A stretch of 64,000 nucleotides of DNA from positions 856 to 64,855 of the forward strand of contig JACTTX010000002.1 of assembly GCA_015661005.1 (NCBI GenBank), written 5' to 3'. This stretch comes from Candidatus Magasanikiibacteriota bacterium. Its GTDB lineage: Bacteria > Patescibacteriota > Patescibacteriia > Magasanikbacterales > JACTTX01. The notes below the pieces were generated by a model. It made no database searches, was not told the DNA's origin, and saw only the letters and a list, made by a program, of their open reading frames with translations. Every line of letters begins with the position of its first letter. Positions within the stretch are counted from its first letter, which is position 1. Shown piece by piece: positions 48,792 to 57,447 of the stretch. Position numbers and translations under genes: made by a program.

Positions 48792-49334
48792 CTACGCCTT
48801 ATTAAACGACGGCGTAGGCAATGCTTTACCCAATATATAAGCAGTGATGACGCCAAGTGTCAACCCGCCGATGATGTCCAACGGATAATGCACACCGACA
48901 AAAATGCGCCCCAGTCCAACCAACGCCGCGGCCAAAATAAACCAACGCCCCAATTTTTTGTCCAAAAAATGAATCGCGAAAGCTAAAGCGAAAGCAACCG
49001 TGGCATGACCGGACGGAAAAGATTTTTCCGCTGGCGATTTTTCTATGAGCTGATGAACACCGGGGAGCGCGACGAACGGCCGTGGCCGAAACTTGAAGGC
49101 GCCAATCATAATATTCACGCCGTAAGCGATGGTCACAATCAAAACGACTTTAACTAAGGTTTGCAAAAAAAAATGCGCACCGAATTTTTTCCAATAGGTG
49201 CACAAAAAAACAATCAGACCTACGCCCATCACCATTATTAAATACTTGGCGAAAAAAATTCCCGCCAAGTCCAAAACACGCAAGCGTCCGGCCAATTCAT
49301 TGATGGCACGGAAAAGAATGATATCAAGAATCAT
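48792..49334 (-). CDS. PAP2 family phosphatase (undecaprenyl-PP phosphatase-like)
   Basis: RPRP, SFPSGHA, RIFVGVHYPLDI. Confidence 0.92.
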   Translation of the reverse strand: MILDIILFRAINELAGRLRVLDLAGIFFAKYLIMVMGVGLIVFLCTYWKKFGAHFFLQTLVKVVLIVTIAYGVNIMIGAFKFRPRPFVALPGVHQLIEKSPAEKSFPSGHATVAFALAFAIHFLDKKLGRWFILAAALVGLGRIFVGVHYPLDIIGGLTLGVITAYILGKALPTPSFNKA

Positions 49335-49666
49335 AATTAATATTGTACCACAAAAAAAGAAAACCGGCCTGTCTGGAAAATTATTCCAAAAGAGGCCGGT
49401 GTTGTATGCGGGAAACGCACCCACTCGCGTTCCTGCACACTCTCCTTAGCCGCAGTTGACCCGCCGCGGCAAAAAAGTTACCACCTTCCTGCTTCTGGGG
49501 TGTTCGGTATCAGGCGTCAAAGACGCGGGCGCGTGATGTGCTCCCGAAAGAGCGGCGCGTTTATGGATTGCCGAAACACGAACGATCCTCGACTCAAAGA
49601 TCGCTAAACCGGAACAGAGAAGGTAAGGGGAAAAATTCATACAGCCAGATTCTGATGAGCGGGGAC

Positions 49667-49882
49667 TTAACGGCGCGCAATCTCCTGGAAGTCCTGTGAA
49701 ACATTAGCGGCCAAAACTGTCGTGCCCTCAATAAACCATTTGGAGAACTGGGTCATCAAGATTGTGTGTAAAAATAGTCCGGCCAGCACTCCGCCAAAAA
49801 AAATCGCGATGACGGGCAAGCGTTTATAAACATGGCGCTTGAAAAATTTGTAAAAAAAGAATGGGCGGCGTTTTGATTTCAT
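49667..49882 (-). CDS. Small hypothetical single-TM protein
   Basis: Basic N-terminus then hydrophobic helix; promoter-like TGGTATACT upstream. Confidence 0.5.
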   Translation of the reverse strand: MKSKRRPFFFYKFFKRHVYKRLPVIAIFFGGVLAGLFLHTILMTQFSKWFIEGTTVLAANVSQDFQEIARR

Positions 49883-49995
49883 ACGAGGTCTCCGTATGAT
49901 CCACGCTCCCATTCAGCGTCAGACCGATTTTGCGCCTAAATCACGTTAACAAAATATAGTATACCAGAAAAAATCGCTTTTGTCAAAATCTATTT

Positions 49996-50550
49996 TCAAT
50001 CACGATGGCACAAATTGTTAATCTGCTGCCTAATCCCATAACCGCGACAATGTTTCAGCACCCCCAGATACGATTGCAGACTTTGTTCAAACGCTCCATT
50101 TTCCAACAAACCTTGATTAAACTTTTCATATTTAATCTTCAAACGCTTCAATAACCGCCGCTTGGTCTTGGTTCTAAGAATTGTATAATGCGGGAACGTC
50201 ACATAACCCAAAAAATCAACGCCTTGATGCCACTTGCGGAGTACGATTTTTTTAGGGTGTAGCGTTAATTGCAGGTTGCTCTCTAAAAAATCCCGAATCA
50301 TTATGGTAATACTTTCTAAAAATATCTTGCTCCGCGCGATTACCACGATATCATCGGCATACCGAATATAATTTTGAAAGCCAAACCGTTTGGTGATAAA
50401 CTGATCCAGTTCATCGAGATAGATATTTGAGAACAGCTGACTGGTGAGATTCCCGAGCGGTATTCCCTTTCCTGGTTGGTTATGAAAGCTGTATACAATC
50501 TTTTCAATCAGTCCCATCAGCTTTTCGTCAGCAACGCGCCGCCTAATCAC
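49996..50550 (-). pseudogene. DGR reverse transcriptase, C-terminal half only
   Basis: GIPLGNLTSQLFSNIYL (DGR-type SQ motif), YIRYADD, VDFLGY; N-terminal subdomains including the first catalytic Asp are absent. Confidence 0.85.
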
Positions 50551-50868
50551 CCCGGCCGTTTAGCGCCGGGGCAAAGACTTCGGGAGAAAGAGACACCAAG
50601 ATTGTCATTGGAGTTGTCCGGTTTCCGGTTGTTGACGTTCGCGCCATCGGCATTGAAGTTGCCAACGTTCACCAGCTTCCCATTAGACGAGCGGCGCTCT
50701 CTACACCTCTCCTATCCAGGGCAAGGACAAGCGGCCAAATAAGGCCGGATGCTGTATGAGCATGTAGCGGCAGCCCGGTCGCCTCAAGCGACCAGATCCG
50801 CATGAGAAAAGTGTAAGCAGTCTTTAGATATTGGCGAGGCGCATCCGTGAACGCGCCTTCATTAGCCG
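50550..50868 (-). ncRNA. Putative DGR RNA (structured 5' domain + TR + 3' hairpin)
   Basis: Nested inverted repeats at 50702-50867, TR, and CCCCGGC/GCCGGGG hairpin at 50550-50571; own promoter. Confidence 0.65.
50576..50698 (-). repeat. DGR template repeat (TR)
   Basis: Non-coding AAY-rich copy of both VRs; reads RRSSNGKLVNVGNFNADGANVNNRKPDNSNDNLGVSFSRS; lies just upstream of the RT. Confidence 0.96.
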
Positions 50869-50873
50869 AGATT

Positions 50874-50902
50874 AGTATACCGAAACCAAATCAAAGTTTC
50901 AA
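50874..50902 (-). promoter_or_regulatory. Sigma70-like promoter for the TR RNA
   Basis: TTGAAA (50902-50897), 17 nt, TATACT (50879-50874) on minus strand. Confidence 0.65.
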
Positions 50903-50920
50903 GACTCAAAGTTCAAAGTT

Positions 50921-53743
50921 TCAATGACTGCGGGAGAAAGAGACGCCAAGACCGACATCGGAGTCGCCCGGCGCCCGGTCGCTGACGAGCGCGCCACCGG
51001 CATCGAAGCGGCCAACGAGCACCAGCCCCCCACCAGACGAGCGGCGGTTAGTCCATGTAAACTTATCCTCTAATAAACGGCTGTTAGTTTCAAAATACAT
51101 TAAAAGATCATACAATACTTCGGTCGGCGATTGCCGAGTAAGTTGATTTATTTTTAAGTCACCAAGTTTTTGAGCATACTTTGGCCAGTCACTGCTTTCG
51201 AGCAATACTTGTATCTCCGAATCACTCTTGCCCTGAAAATTTTGCGCGTAATAGCGCTCAAACTCGTCAATGGCGTCTTGATATTCCTGTGGCCTGGCGG
51301 CGGAGTCCTTAAAAACTTCATCAATTACATATCTGACCAGTTCCTGCGTTTGTTGAAGATAGTTCTTACTGGTTGAATTTGGAATATTTTCTTTACTCGT
51401 CAGCGCCCAGCGTACTTCCGACGTGTCGGTTTTATAAAATTTTTCGTTTGGATACCAATCTACTTTATACAGCACTTTTCCTTTCTTGCCTTTTTCAAAT
51501 TTATCTCCCAAAAGTTTATTCATCTTCTTCATGGTCAGCGGAGCATGGTCTGACGTCTTGTCAACGCGAAGCACTAAAAATTGGCCAAGCTCTTTTGCCA
51601 GTTCAAGGTCGGCTTCGGAAAAAGGAATCTCCGGAATTTCCTTGGTGTCCAATTTGATGCCAAAGGTCGCTTCCACCGCCTCTTGGCCCAAAAAATCGGA
51701 ACCCATAATTTCTGCCGCGCGTTCCAAACTGACTTCGTTTTCTTTCCCTTTGCGCCTTTCAGGCATCTTGGCCCCTTGCTTGTACAACGATAAGACGGGC
51801 TCATTGGTATCCTTGGTGACGCCAAGGAACTCATATACTTTTCCATCGGTATGTCTGATAAAATGACCCTCGCGTGCTTTGAAATCAGGCGTATAGCGTA
51901 CCCCGCCGATATCAAGCGAAGTAATAATATACTCTATCCGCTCTCCATCCTCATTCACCAAATAACTTTCAGCCACTTCCGCCTCCTCCGTTAACACCTT
52001 TTCGTATTTTACCCGCGGCGACAAGAGACCTATATCAACGGCTGTTAAATTTTCAAACTGCCGATCTTCATCCCGGGCGGGATTGTCAACATCAATAGCA
52101 AAATTTTTTAAAAATTCTTTTACCAATATTCGATCCTCGTTCGGGTAAGCGGCGCGATCCAAAAATTGCGTTTTTAACTTTTTGCCAATGAAACTTTCTA
52201 AACTCATGGCGCGACCGAGCGCTCCATACTCCTTAAGCCAACCAAGCACGGTGCCTATGTCAATAATTAAATCTTTAACATACTGCGCGTCCCCCTTGGC
52301 CTTTAATACGGTCTCACGATGTGAGAATGATTTGTTCAGCTCGTTTAAGGCATTGGCAAAACGCCAGAGATACCCCCCGCCGTTGGTTAGTTCACGTGTT
52401 TGCACATTCGCTTTCACCATTTTCCCCGCGCGTTCAATATTCTTTTTCTTCTCTTTATAGATATACGCCGGGATCACTTCAGATTTTGCCACGCGCATCC
52501 GTCCATTTTCGTCAATCAACGCGGCGAGCATCATTTCATAAATTTCCGGATCATCTCCGCTTTGTGGCGGATAATCCAAATCAACCTTGGCGAATTTGCG
52601 GAGCACTTCCGGCGGAATCTTTTTGCGCTCATAACGTTGCGAGGCCAAATTAACCATGGCGCAGTAGAGAAAATCCAAAGCGACGGTTACTTCCTCATTC
52701 GTTACCGGCATGCGGACGCGCTTGCCCGGGGTCCAAGCGGCGATCCGCGCCAACCTCTCGGTTTGTTCCGCCGACCCGAGCAGGTTAAACTCGTCATCAG
52801 CCACAATCCGACCGCGGTGCACGGGTTCGCCATCAAGCGTACTTGTTTTCCCCGTTACCGCTTCACCAATTTCCTTATATTCGTAATAAGTTCTGCCATC
52901 GGGAGCAATTTTTGGTTTGGCGATAAGATCTTGGAACCGCACATCCTTGCCGGGCGTTTCGTTATTGACGCGTTTAGTCAGGATGATGGCCGCTTGTTCA
53001 ACTAAACGAGTTTTCCCCGTACCGGATTCACCGGAAAGTAGCACCGGCTTGCCCGAAAGCGCCGCCAATTCCATTTCTTCCAAAAACTCACGACGCGAAG
53101 GCGACCAAATAAAATTATCGCGCCGCAGTTGCCCCGAGTATCCTTTGAGCGTTTCATATTCCACAAGACCGCCGAGTTCGGGATTGGTAGTTACCAAATC
53201 CCGCAGTCGTTCACGATTTGCGGAGAGCTGCCGCTTATTAGTTTCAAACATCAAGACCTCAATCTCATCGGCGGCGCCGCTACGACCCGCAAACATTTGC
53301 CGCACTGATGCGTCAAAAGCATTCTCTGCCACCTTAATTTGCTTGTCTAACGCCAGATATTTTTCATAATTGCCGTTGATTGAATCAATTTCCTTGAGAT
53401 ACCGCTTAGAGCCGACCAGATATGCCTCTCTAGTTTTCTTGTCTTCATATAAATTTTTTAAAATTGACAAGCCATTTTTCATTTTGGAAATTTCCACAGC
53501 GCCCGCCTTGACTTTTCTTCCGCTGACCAAACCCTTGATCTCTTGGAAAGCGGCCCACAGCGATTCTGCTCGCTGTTCGGGAGAAAGATACGAAAAATCT
53601 GCCGTACTTGCAGATATCTTTGCCAGCCCGGAAATCTGGTTGCATTGCTCGATCAACAAACCTACCGGATCACTTTTGATTTTCTCCGGCTTACCTAATG
53701 GCGCTCTCTCCAAACTGCTAAATTGTATTCCTCGTTCTGCCAT
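50921..53743 (-). CDS. DGR target 1: MoxR-like AAA+ ATPase fused to variable C-terminal domain
   Basis: Walker A GESGTGKT, Walker B IVADDEFN, sensor-1-like AMVN; C-terminal ~270 aa paralogous to 53782-54747; VR1; likely start MAERG at 53743. Confidence 0.9.
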   Translation of the reverse strand: MAERGIQFSSLERAPLGKPEKIKSDPVGLLIEQCNQISGLAKISASTADFSYLSPEQRAESLWAAFQEIKGLVSGRKVKAGAVEISKMKNGLSILKNLYEDKKTREAYLVGSKRYLKEIDSINGNYEKYLALDKQIKVAENAFDASVRQMFAGRSGAADEIEVLMFETNKRQLSANRERLRDLVTTNPELGGLVEYETLKGYSGQLRRDNFIWSPSRREFLEEMELAALSGKPVLLSGESGTGKTRLVEQAAIILTKRVNNETPGKDVRFQDLIAKPKIAPDGRTYYEYKEIGEAVTGKTSTLDGEPVHRGRIVADDEFNLLGSAEQTERLARIAAWTPGKRVRMPVTNEEVTVALDFLYCAMVNLASQRYERKKIPPEVLRKFAKVDLDYPPQSGDDPEIYEMMLAALIDENGRMRVAKSEVIPAYIYKEKKKNIERAGKMVKANVQTRELTNGGGYLWRFANALNELNKSFSHRETVLKAKGDAQYVKDLIIDIGTVLGWLKEYGALGRAMSLESFIGKKLKTQFLDRAAYPNEDRILVKEFLKNFAIDVDNPARDEDRQFENLTAVDIGLLSPRVKYEKVLTEEAEVAESYLVNEDGERIEYIITSLDIGGVRYTPDFKAREGHFIRHTDGKVYEFLGVTKDTNEPVLSLYKQGAKMPERRKGKENEVSLERAAEIMGSDFLGQEAVEATFGIKLDTKEIPEIPFSEADLELAKELGQFLVLRVDKTSDHAPLTMKKMNKLLGDKFEKGKKGKVLYKVDWYPNEKFYKTDTSEVRWALTSKENIPNSTSKNYLQQTQELVRYVIDEVFKDSAARPQEYQDAIDEFERYYAQNFQGKSDSEIQVLLESSDWPKYAQKLGDLKINQLTRQSPTEVLYDLLMYFETNSRLLEDKFTWTNRRSSGGGLVLVGRFDAGGALVSDRAPGDSDVGLGVSFSRSH
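50926..51046 (-). repeat. DGR variable repeat VR1
   Basis: 116-nt core vs TR: 23 mismatches at TR adenines, 1 elsewhere; encodes the extreme C-terminus of the AAA+ target. Confidence 0.96.
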
Positions 53744-53781
53744 ACGATAAATCAAAGTTTCAAGACTCAAAGTTCAAAGTT

Positions 53782-54747
53782 TCAATGACTGCGGGAGAAA
53801 GAGACGCCAAGATTGCCATAGGAGCTGTCCGGCGGCCGGTCGAAGACGCCCGCGCCACCGGCATCGAAGTCGCCAACGTCCACCAGCCTCCCATTAGACG
53901 AGCGGCGCTTGGTCCAAGTGTAATCTGTCTCTAAAATCTTCGTTCCGGTATTTTGAAAATGAATGAGCATATCATACAGAGCGTCAGCCGGAGATTGCCT
54001 AGTAAGTTCATTAAGCTGTAATTCTGAAAGTTCCTTGGCATAACGCTCCCATTCGCTATCTAATAATTGTTTGATTTGCTCGGGTGTTTTGCCTTGAAAA
54101 TTGCGATCATAGTACGTTTGAAATTCATTGATCGCGGCCTGATATTGGGGTGGCAGATCCTGGTCTTTAAAAACTTCTTCAGTCAGATATTGGATTAAGG
54201 CCTGTGTTTGTTCTACATAGTTTTTGCTCTTTGAATCCGAGATGAGAGTCCGCGATGAGAGCGCCCAAGTTGCTTGAGGCGTTTCGGTGGTAAAAAATTC
54301 TGATTTTATTTTCCACCCTTCCTTTGTATCATACAATACCTTGCCCTTCCCGGCTTGGGAAAAATCAGCTTGTAAGAGTTCGTGCATTTTCCGCATGGTG
54401 AGTGGTTGACCATCTGGGGCTTTATCCGCGCGAAGCACTAAAAACTGCCCCAGCTCCTTGGCTCGTTCCAAATCTACTTTTAAAAATGGAATCTCCGGTA
54501 TTTGCTCTCGCGCCAGCCGAATACCGAACGCTTTTTCCACCGCTTCTGGTCCAAAAAAATTCTCCCGACCGATAATTGTTTCGGCCTGTTCCATCGTCAG
54601 TTTCTCGCCTCTTTTAAATTCCGGTTGCTTGTGCTTCTCCGGCCCGCCGAGTTTAGCTACTTCAGCGGTACTTAAAACTTTAAAATGGGACGATAAAGCG
54701 TCTTTAGTAATAACAAATGGTCGGTTTGATTTCAGACCTTCACGCAT
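53782..54747 (-). CDS. DGR target 2: stand-alone variable-domain protein
   Basis: Shares IPEIPF...DLE.AKELGQFLVLR.DK, SKNY..QTQ.L, LTRQSP and GVSFSRSH with target 1; VR2. Confidence 0.9.
   Translation of the reverse strand: MREGLKSNRPFVITKDALSSHFKVLSTAEVAKLGGPEKHKQPEFKRGEKLTMEQAETIIGRENFFGPEAVEKAFGIRLAREQIPEIPFLKVDLERAKELGQFLVLRADKAPDGQPLTMRKMHELLQADFSQAGKGKVLYDTKEGWKIKSEFFTTETPQATWALSSRTLISDSKSKNYVEQTQALIQYLTEEVFKDQDLPPQYQAAINEFQTYYDRNFQGKTPEQIKQLLDSEWERYAKELSELQLNELTRQSPADALYDMLIHFQNTGTKILETDYTWTKRRSSNGRLVDVGDFDAGGAGVFDRPPDSSYGNLGVSFSRSH
53787..53909 (-). repeat. DGR variable repeat VR2
   Basis: 116-nt core vs TR: 16 mismatches at TR adenines, 1 elsewhere (the same one as in VR1). Confidence 0.96.
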
Positions 54748-54751
54748 AAAA

Positions 54752-57247
54752 CTATGTTATTTTCCGTGGCCGTAATTTTTTAAATTCGTGGACGATATCT
54801 TTACCCAATATCTTTGGCAATTCTGAAAATGAGGATAAAGGCGGAGCGGCGTCGGCGCTTTGGGAAGATCCGCCAATCGTATAACTTCTAACTATCATTC
54901 CCTTAGCCTTTAAGTGCCGATGCTTAGTTTCGGTAGCTTCAAAATCATCGGGAGCGCCATCGGAAATCTCGGCGGTGTAATGAATTGGCTGTTTTTCCAG
55001 TTGAATATTCTTTTGGCGCAAATCCGCTAATTCTTTATCCAAATCGCGCTCAATAAGCTCTAAGGTTTTATGCGTTGGCGTGCCACCGCTCGCGAGCTTG
55101 GTCAGGGCGGAATAAAACGCCCACTGTTCCTTGGGTCCCCATTTATCAGTTAAATGCAGACGCACCTCCCCGGCGTCTGAAGCTAAAGTTACCATAATCT
55201 TTAAAGGGAGTAAATCCGAATCTTCCCCTTCCTGGCGGCCAATGTAGGCGCACTGCATCAAGCCGTCAACGAACAAAAGCGCGACATCGCGCTGGACGTC
55301 CGCTTTAGTGCGGCCGCTCGCCCCGTCCGGCTCGCCCATAGAACCGGATAAATCAAAAGAAAAATAGACATTGATGCCGCCAAAGTGTGTTTCTATTTTC
55401 TCAACCACCTCATCTTTTTCAAAGCCGCCGGGGTTAAACTCGCGGGAACGGATATCAATTGCGGCCTCGACCGGATTTTCCAAACGGTCGCCTTCATCCA
55501 TCCGCACCGGCCCCCGATAATCATGTCCGGCCACTTTGCGCTCTTCCACGATCTTACGCCACTCCTCTTTCACCAGGTCGCTGATAGACACGCCGGTTTC
55601 ATCTTTAATTTCCCGCACGCGATCGAGCGCTCTTAAAAATTTCCGCGCTTGTTCAGGCGTACATTCGGCCAGCTCCGAAAAGTGTTCTTCGACAACGTCA
55701 AAACGCGATTTTTTCTTTTCTCCCCCGCCACCGGCTTCTTTCTTTTTTAGATCCTTTAATTGTTTTTTAGCTTCATCCGCGGATGCCAACTCTTCATCAG
55801 GATGTTCATAGTCGCCCTCGCCGGTTTCGCCTTCTAGATCACGTTTCTGTTCATCTTCATCAATCGTCGGATCGCCTTTTGGCGTTGCGTCTAATTTGAT
55901 CGCCCGACGACTTTGGCCGTCCCAAACTTCGAGCCAAGCGTGGCCGTTGTCGGCGTGCATAATCGCGTCACCATCTTCCGTCCGGTCTTTGACATAAAAT
56001 CCGGTGACATAACGAAAATCTTTATCTATCTCAAGAAGCGCACGACAAGCAAGATCATTAGCAATCTTGCAGTCCGCCTCTTTTTTCTCCCAAATACGGT
56101 TAAAATATTCAGCGGGTCTGGCGCGATAATAACGGTATGCTTCCGGACTGTTAGAATATTTCAAAGAGTTGTGAATTAGCTTAACAATTTCTCTTTTCAG
56201 TTTAATCTTAGGAAACCGCTTGGCTTTTAGTTCTTCAATTTTTACTTTCAGGTCATTAGGGATTTCACCGGTCATCCCGACCTCTCTGAATTTTTCCGTT
56301 TCCCCAATGTATAACCGACGCCCGGCTCGCAGATTATATTGGGACACACCGGCGGCGCTGATACGCAGATACCACAAACCGTCCTGGTTTCTTGAAAGTT
56401 CAGCTGATCCTTCGGGAGCGTCAGTTTGCAGATTTTCTGGATCAAACACCCAATCGTCGGGCAGGGGCAAAGATAGGGGTTCACCGCCGCGAATTTTTCC
56501 GAAAAAAACTTTGGCGGTAGATATTTCAAAAGATTCAGGCCCGGCTTCGCTAAACTTATTTTCTTCTTTGCTCCAGCGGCCGCTTTCAACATCAAAATTT
56601 TCAAATACCAGTTGCTTGTAATAACCACCAAAAAATGGTTTGACACGAAAGAGCGGTGTGGGCGGACCTTCTTTTTTCTCTCTTCCTGTTTCCATTGACG
56701 ATCTCGCCTCTTCACTGGTTGACGGCACATCATTTTCGTCCGGTTCAGATTCTTTTTCCTCCGCTGGGACTTCAGGCGCTTCTTTCGGTTTGGCCAAATC
56801 GGTCAGATCGCGGTCAGCCAACCATTCAAGCGCCGTCTTAATTTGTGTATCGTAAATTTTCCGCTTTAAATTCCAGGAAACATCCGTGTTGGTTAGTGTT
56901 TCAAAGACGTTGATATACCCACCCCTTGTTTTTACGTTCGCTAACGGTTGTATGAACTTCAAAACCCGAACATTAACGTCTTTAAGATCAATTAATTGTT
57001 TCTGCGCCAGACAAGCCCCCAAGGTATACAAAAACTGATCGGTTAAAGGTAGCCCGCTGTCGCTCGGGGCAGGCGCTACTCCCTTCATGGCGCTTTCGAC
57101 TAAACGGCGAACGGCATGAGGTACTTCTTGTTTCCAAATCAGATACTCCTCGGCATCGGTAGCGTCTTTAAATTCAAAAGCCGCCGCCTCTTTGCCGGTT
57201 TCAATGGTTGCAATTATGGGTCGTTTTCCTTCTCCGCGTTCAGGCAT
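54752..57247 (-). CDS. Transglutaminase-like domain + vWA domain fusion protein
   Basis: ADC...YVTGF...GHAWLEVW...LDATP (Cys-His-Asp triad); FDLSGSM MIDAS, GGTP, ISDG. Confidence 0.85.
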   Translation of the reverse strand: MPERGEGKRPIIATIETGKEAAAFEFKDATDAEEYLIWKQEVPHAVRRLVESAMKGVAPAPSDSGLPLTDQFLYTLGACLAQKQLIDLKDVNVRVLKFIQPLANVKTRGGYINVFETLTNTDVSWNLKRKIYDTQIKTALEWLADRDLTDLAKPKEAPEVPAEEKESEPDENDVPSTSEEARSSMETGREKKEGPPTPLFRVKPFFGGYYKQLVFENFDVESGRWSKEENKFSEAGPESFEISTAKVFFGKIRGGEPLSLPLPDDWVFDPENLQTDAPEGSAELSRNQDGLWYLRISAAGVSQYNLRAGRRLYIGETEKFREVGMTGEIPNDLKVKIEELKAKRFPKIKLKREIVKLIHNSLKYSNSPEAYRYYRARPAEYFNRIWEKKEADCKIANDLACRALLEIDKDFRYVTGFYVKDRTEDGDAIMHADNGHAWLEVWDGQSRRAIKLDATPKGDPTIDEDEQKRDLEGETGEGDYEHPDEELASADEAKKQLKDLKKKEAGGGGEKKKSRFDVVEEHFSELAECTPEQARKFLRALDRVREIKDETGVSISDLVKEEWRKIVEERKVAGHDYRGPVRMDEGDRLENPVEAAIDIRSREFNPGGFEKDEVVEKIETHFGGINVYFSFDLSGSMGEPDGASGRTKADVQRDVALLFVDGLMQCAYIGRQEGEDSDLLPLKIMVTLASDAGEVRLHLTDKWGPKEQWAFYSALTKLASGGTPTHKTLELIERDLDKELADLRQKNIQLEKQPIHYTAEISDGAPDDFEATETKHRHLKAKGMIVRSYTIGGSSQSADAAPPLSSFSELPKILGKDIVHEFKKLRPRKIT

Positions 57248-57268
57248 TTTGACTCGTATATCAAGGTA

Positions 57269-57297
57269 ACTCTAACATAAAAAGCGTAGCTTGCCAA
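57269..57297 (-). promoter_or_regulatory. Putative promoter of the TGase-vWA / DGR target operon
   Basis: TTGGCA, 17 nt, TGn-TAGAGT on minus strand, about 20 nt before the start codon. Confidence 0.45.
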
Positions 57298-57447
57298 TTT
57301 GGCGCTCATAATTTCTGAAAAACATGACCGAATAGTGAAAGGAAAATGGGTGGAAGAACTACTGCCGATTCATTTGTTTTTAATTCCATATATGTCTGAA
57401 ACGACTATAACACGACCAACTAAAAATTGCAACTCTTTTGTCAAAAA

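Larger units (their letters stand above)
49996..54747 (-). mobile_element. Diversity-generating retroelement cassette (two targets, TR, truncated RT)
   Basis: Co-oriented VR2 gene, VR1 gene, TR and RT with adenine-specific divergence. Confidence 0.93.

Noticed and set aside
49446-49640. 64-aa ORF downstream of the RT
   Set aside because: No recognisable features; cannot be distinguished from a chance ORF
49996-50550. RT as group II intron or retron
   Set aside because: LGNLTSQ motif and the adjacent TR/VR pair identify a DGR; no maturase/endonuclease domain or intron ends seen
50699-50920. avd accessory gene
   Set aside because: Only about 220 nt are available, with no suitable minus-strand ORF
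53744-53770. ORF-track start MSLETLIYR for the AAA+ target
   Set aside because: It lies within the repeated VR 3' flank; ATG at 53743 is more plausible
57306-57389. 27-aa minus-strand ORF upstream of the TGase-vWA gene
   Set aside because: Too short, with no motif or other support
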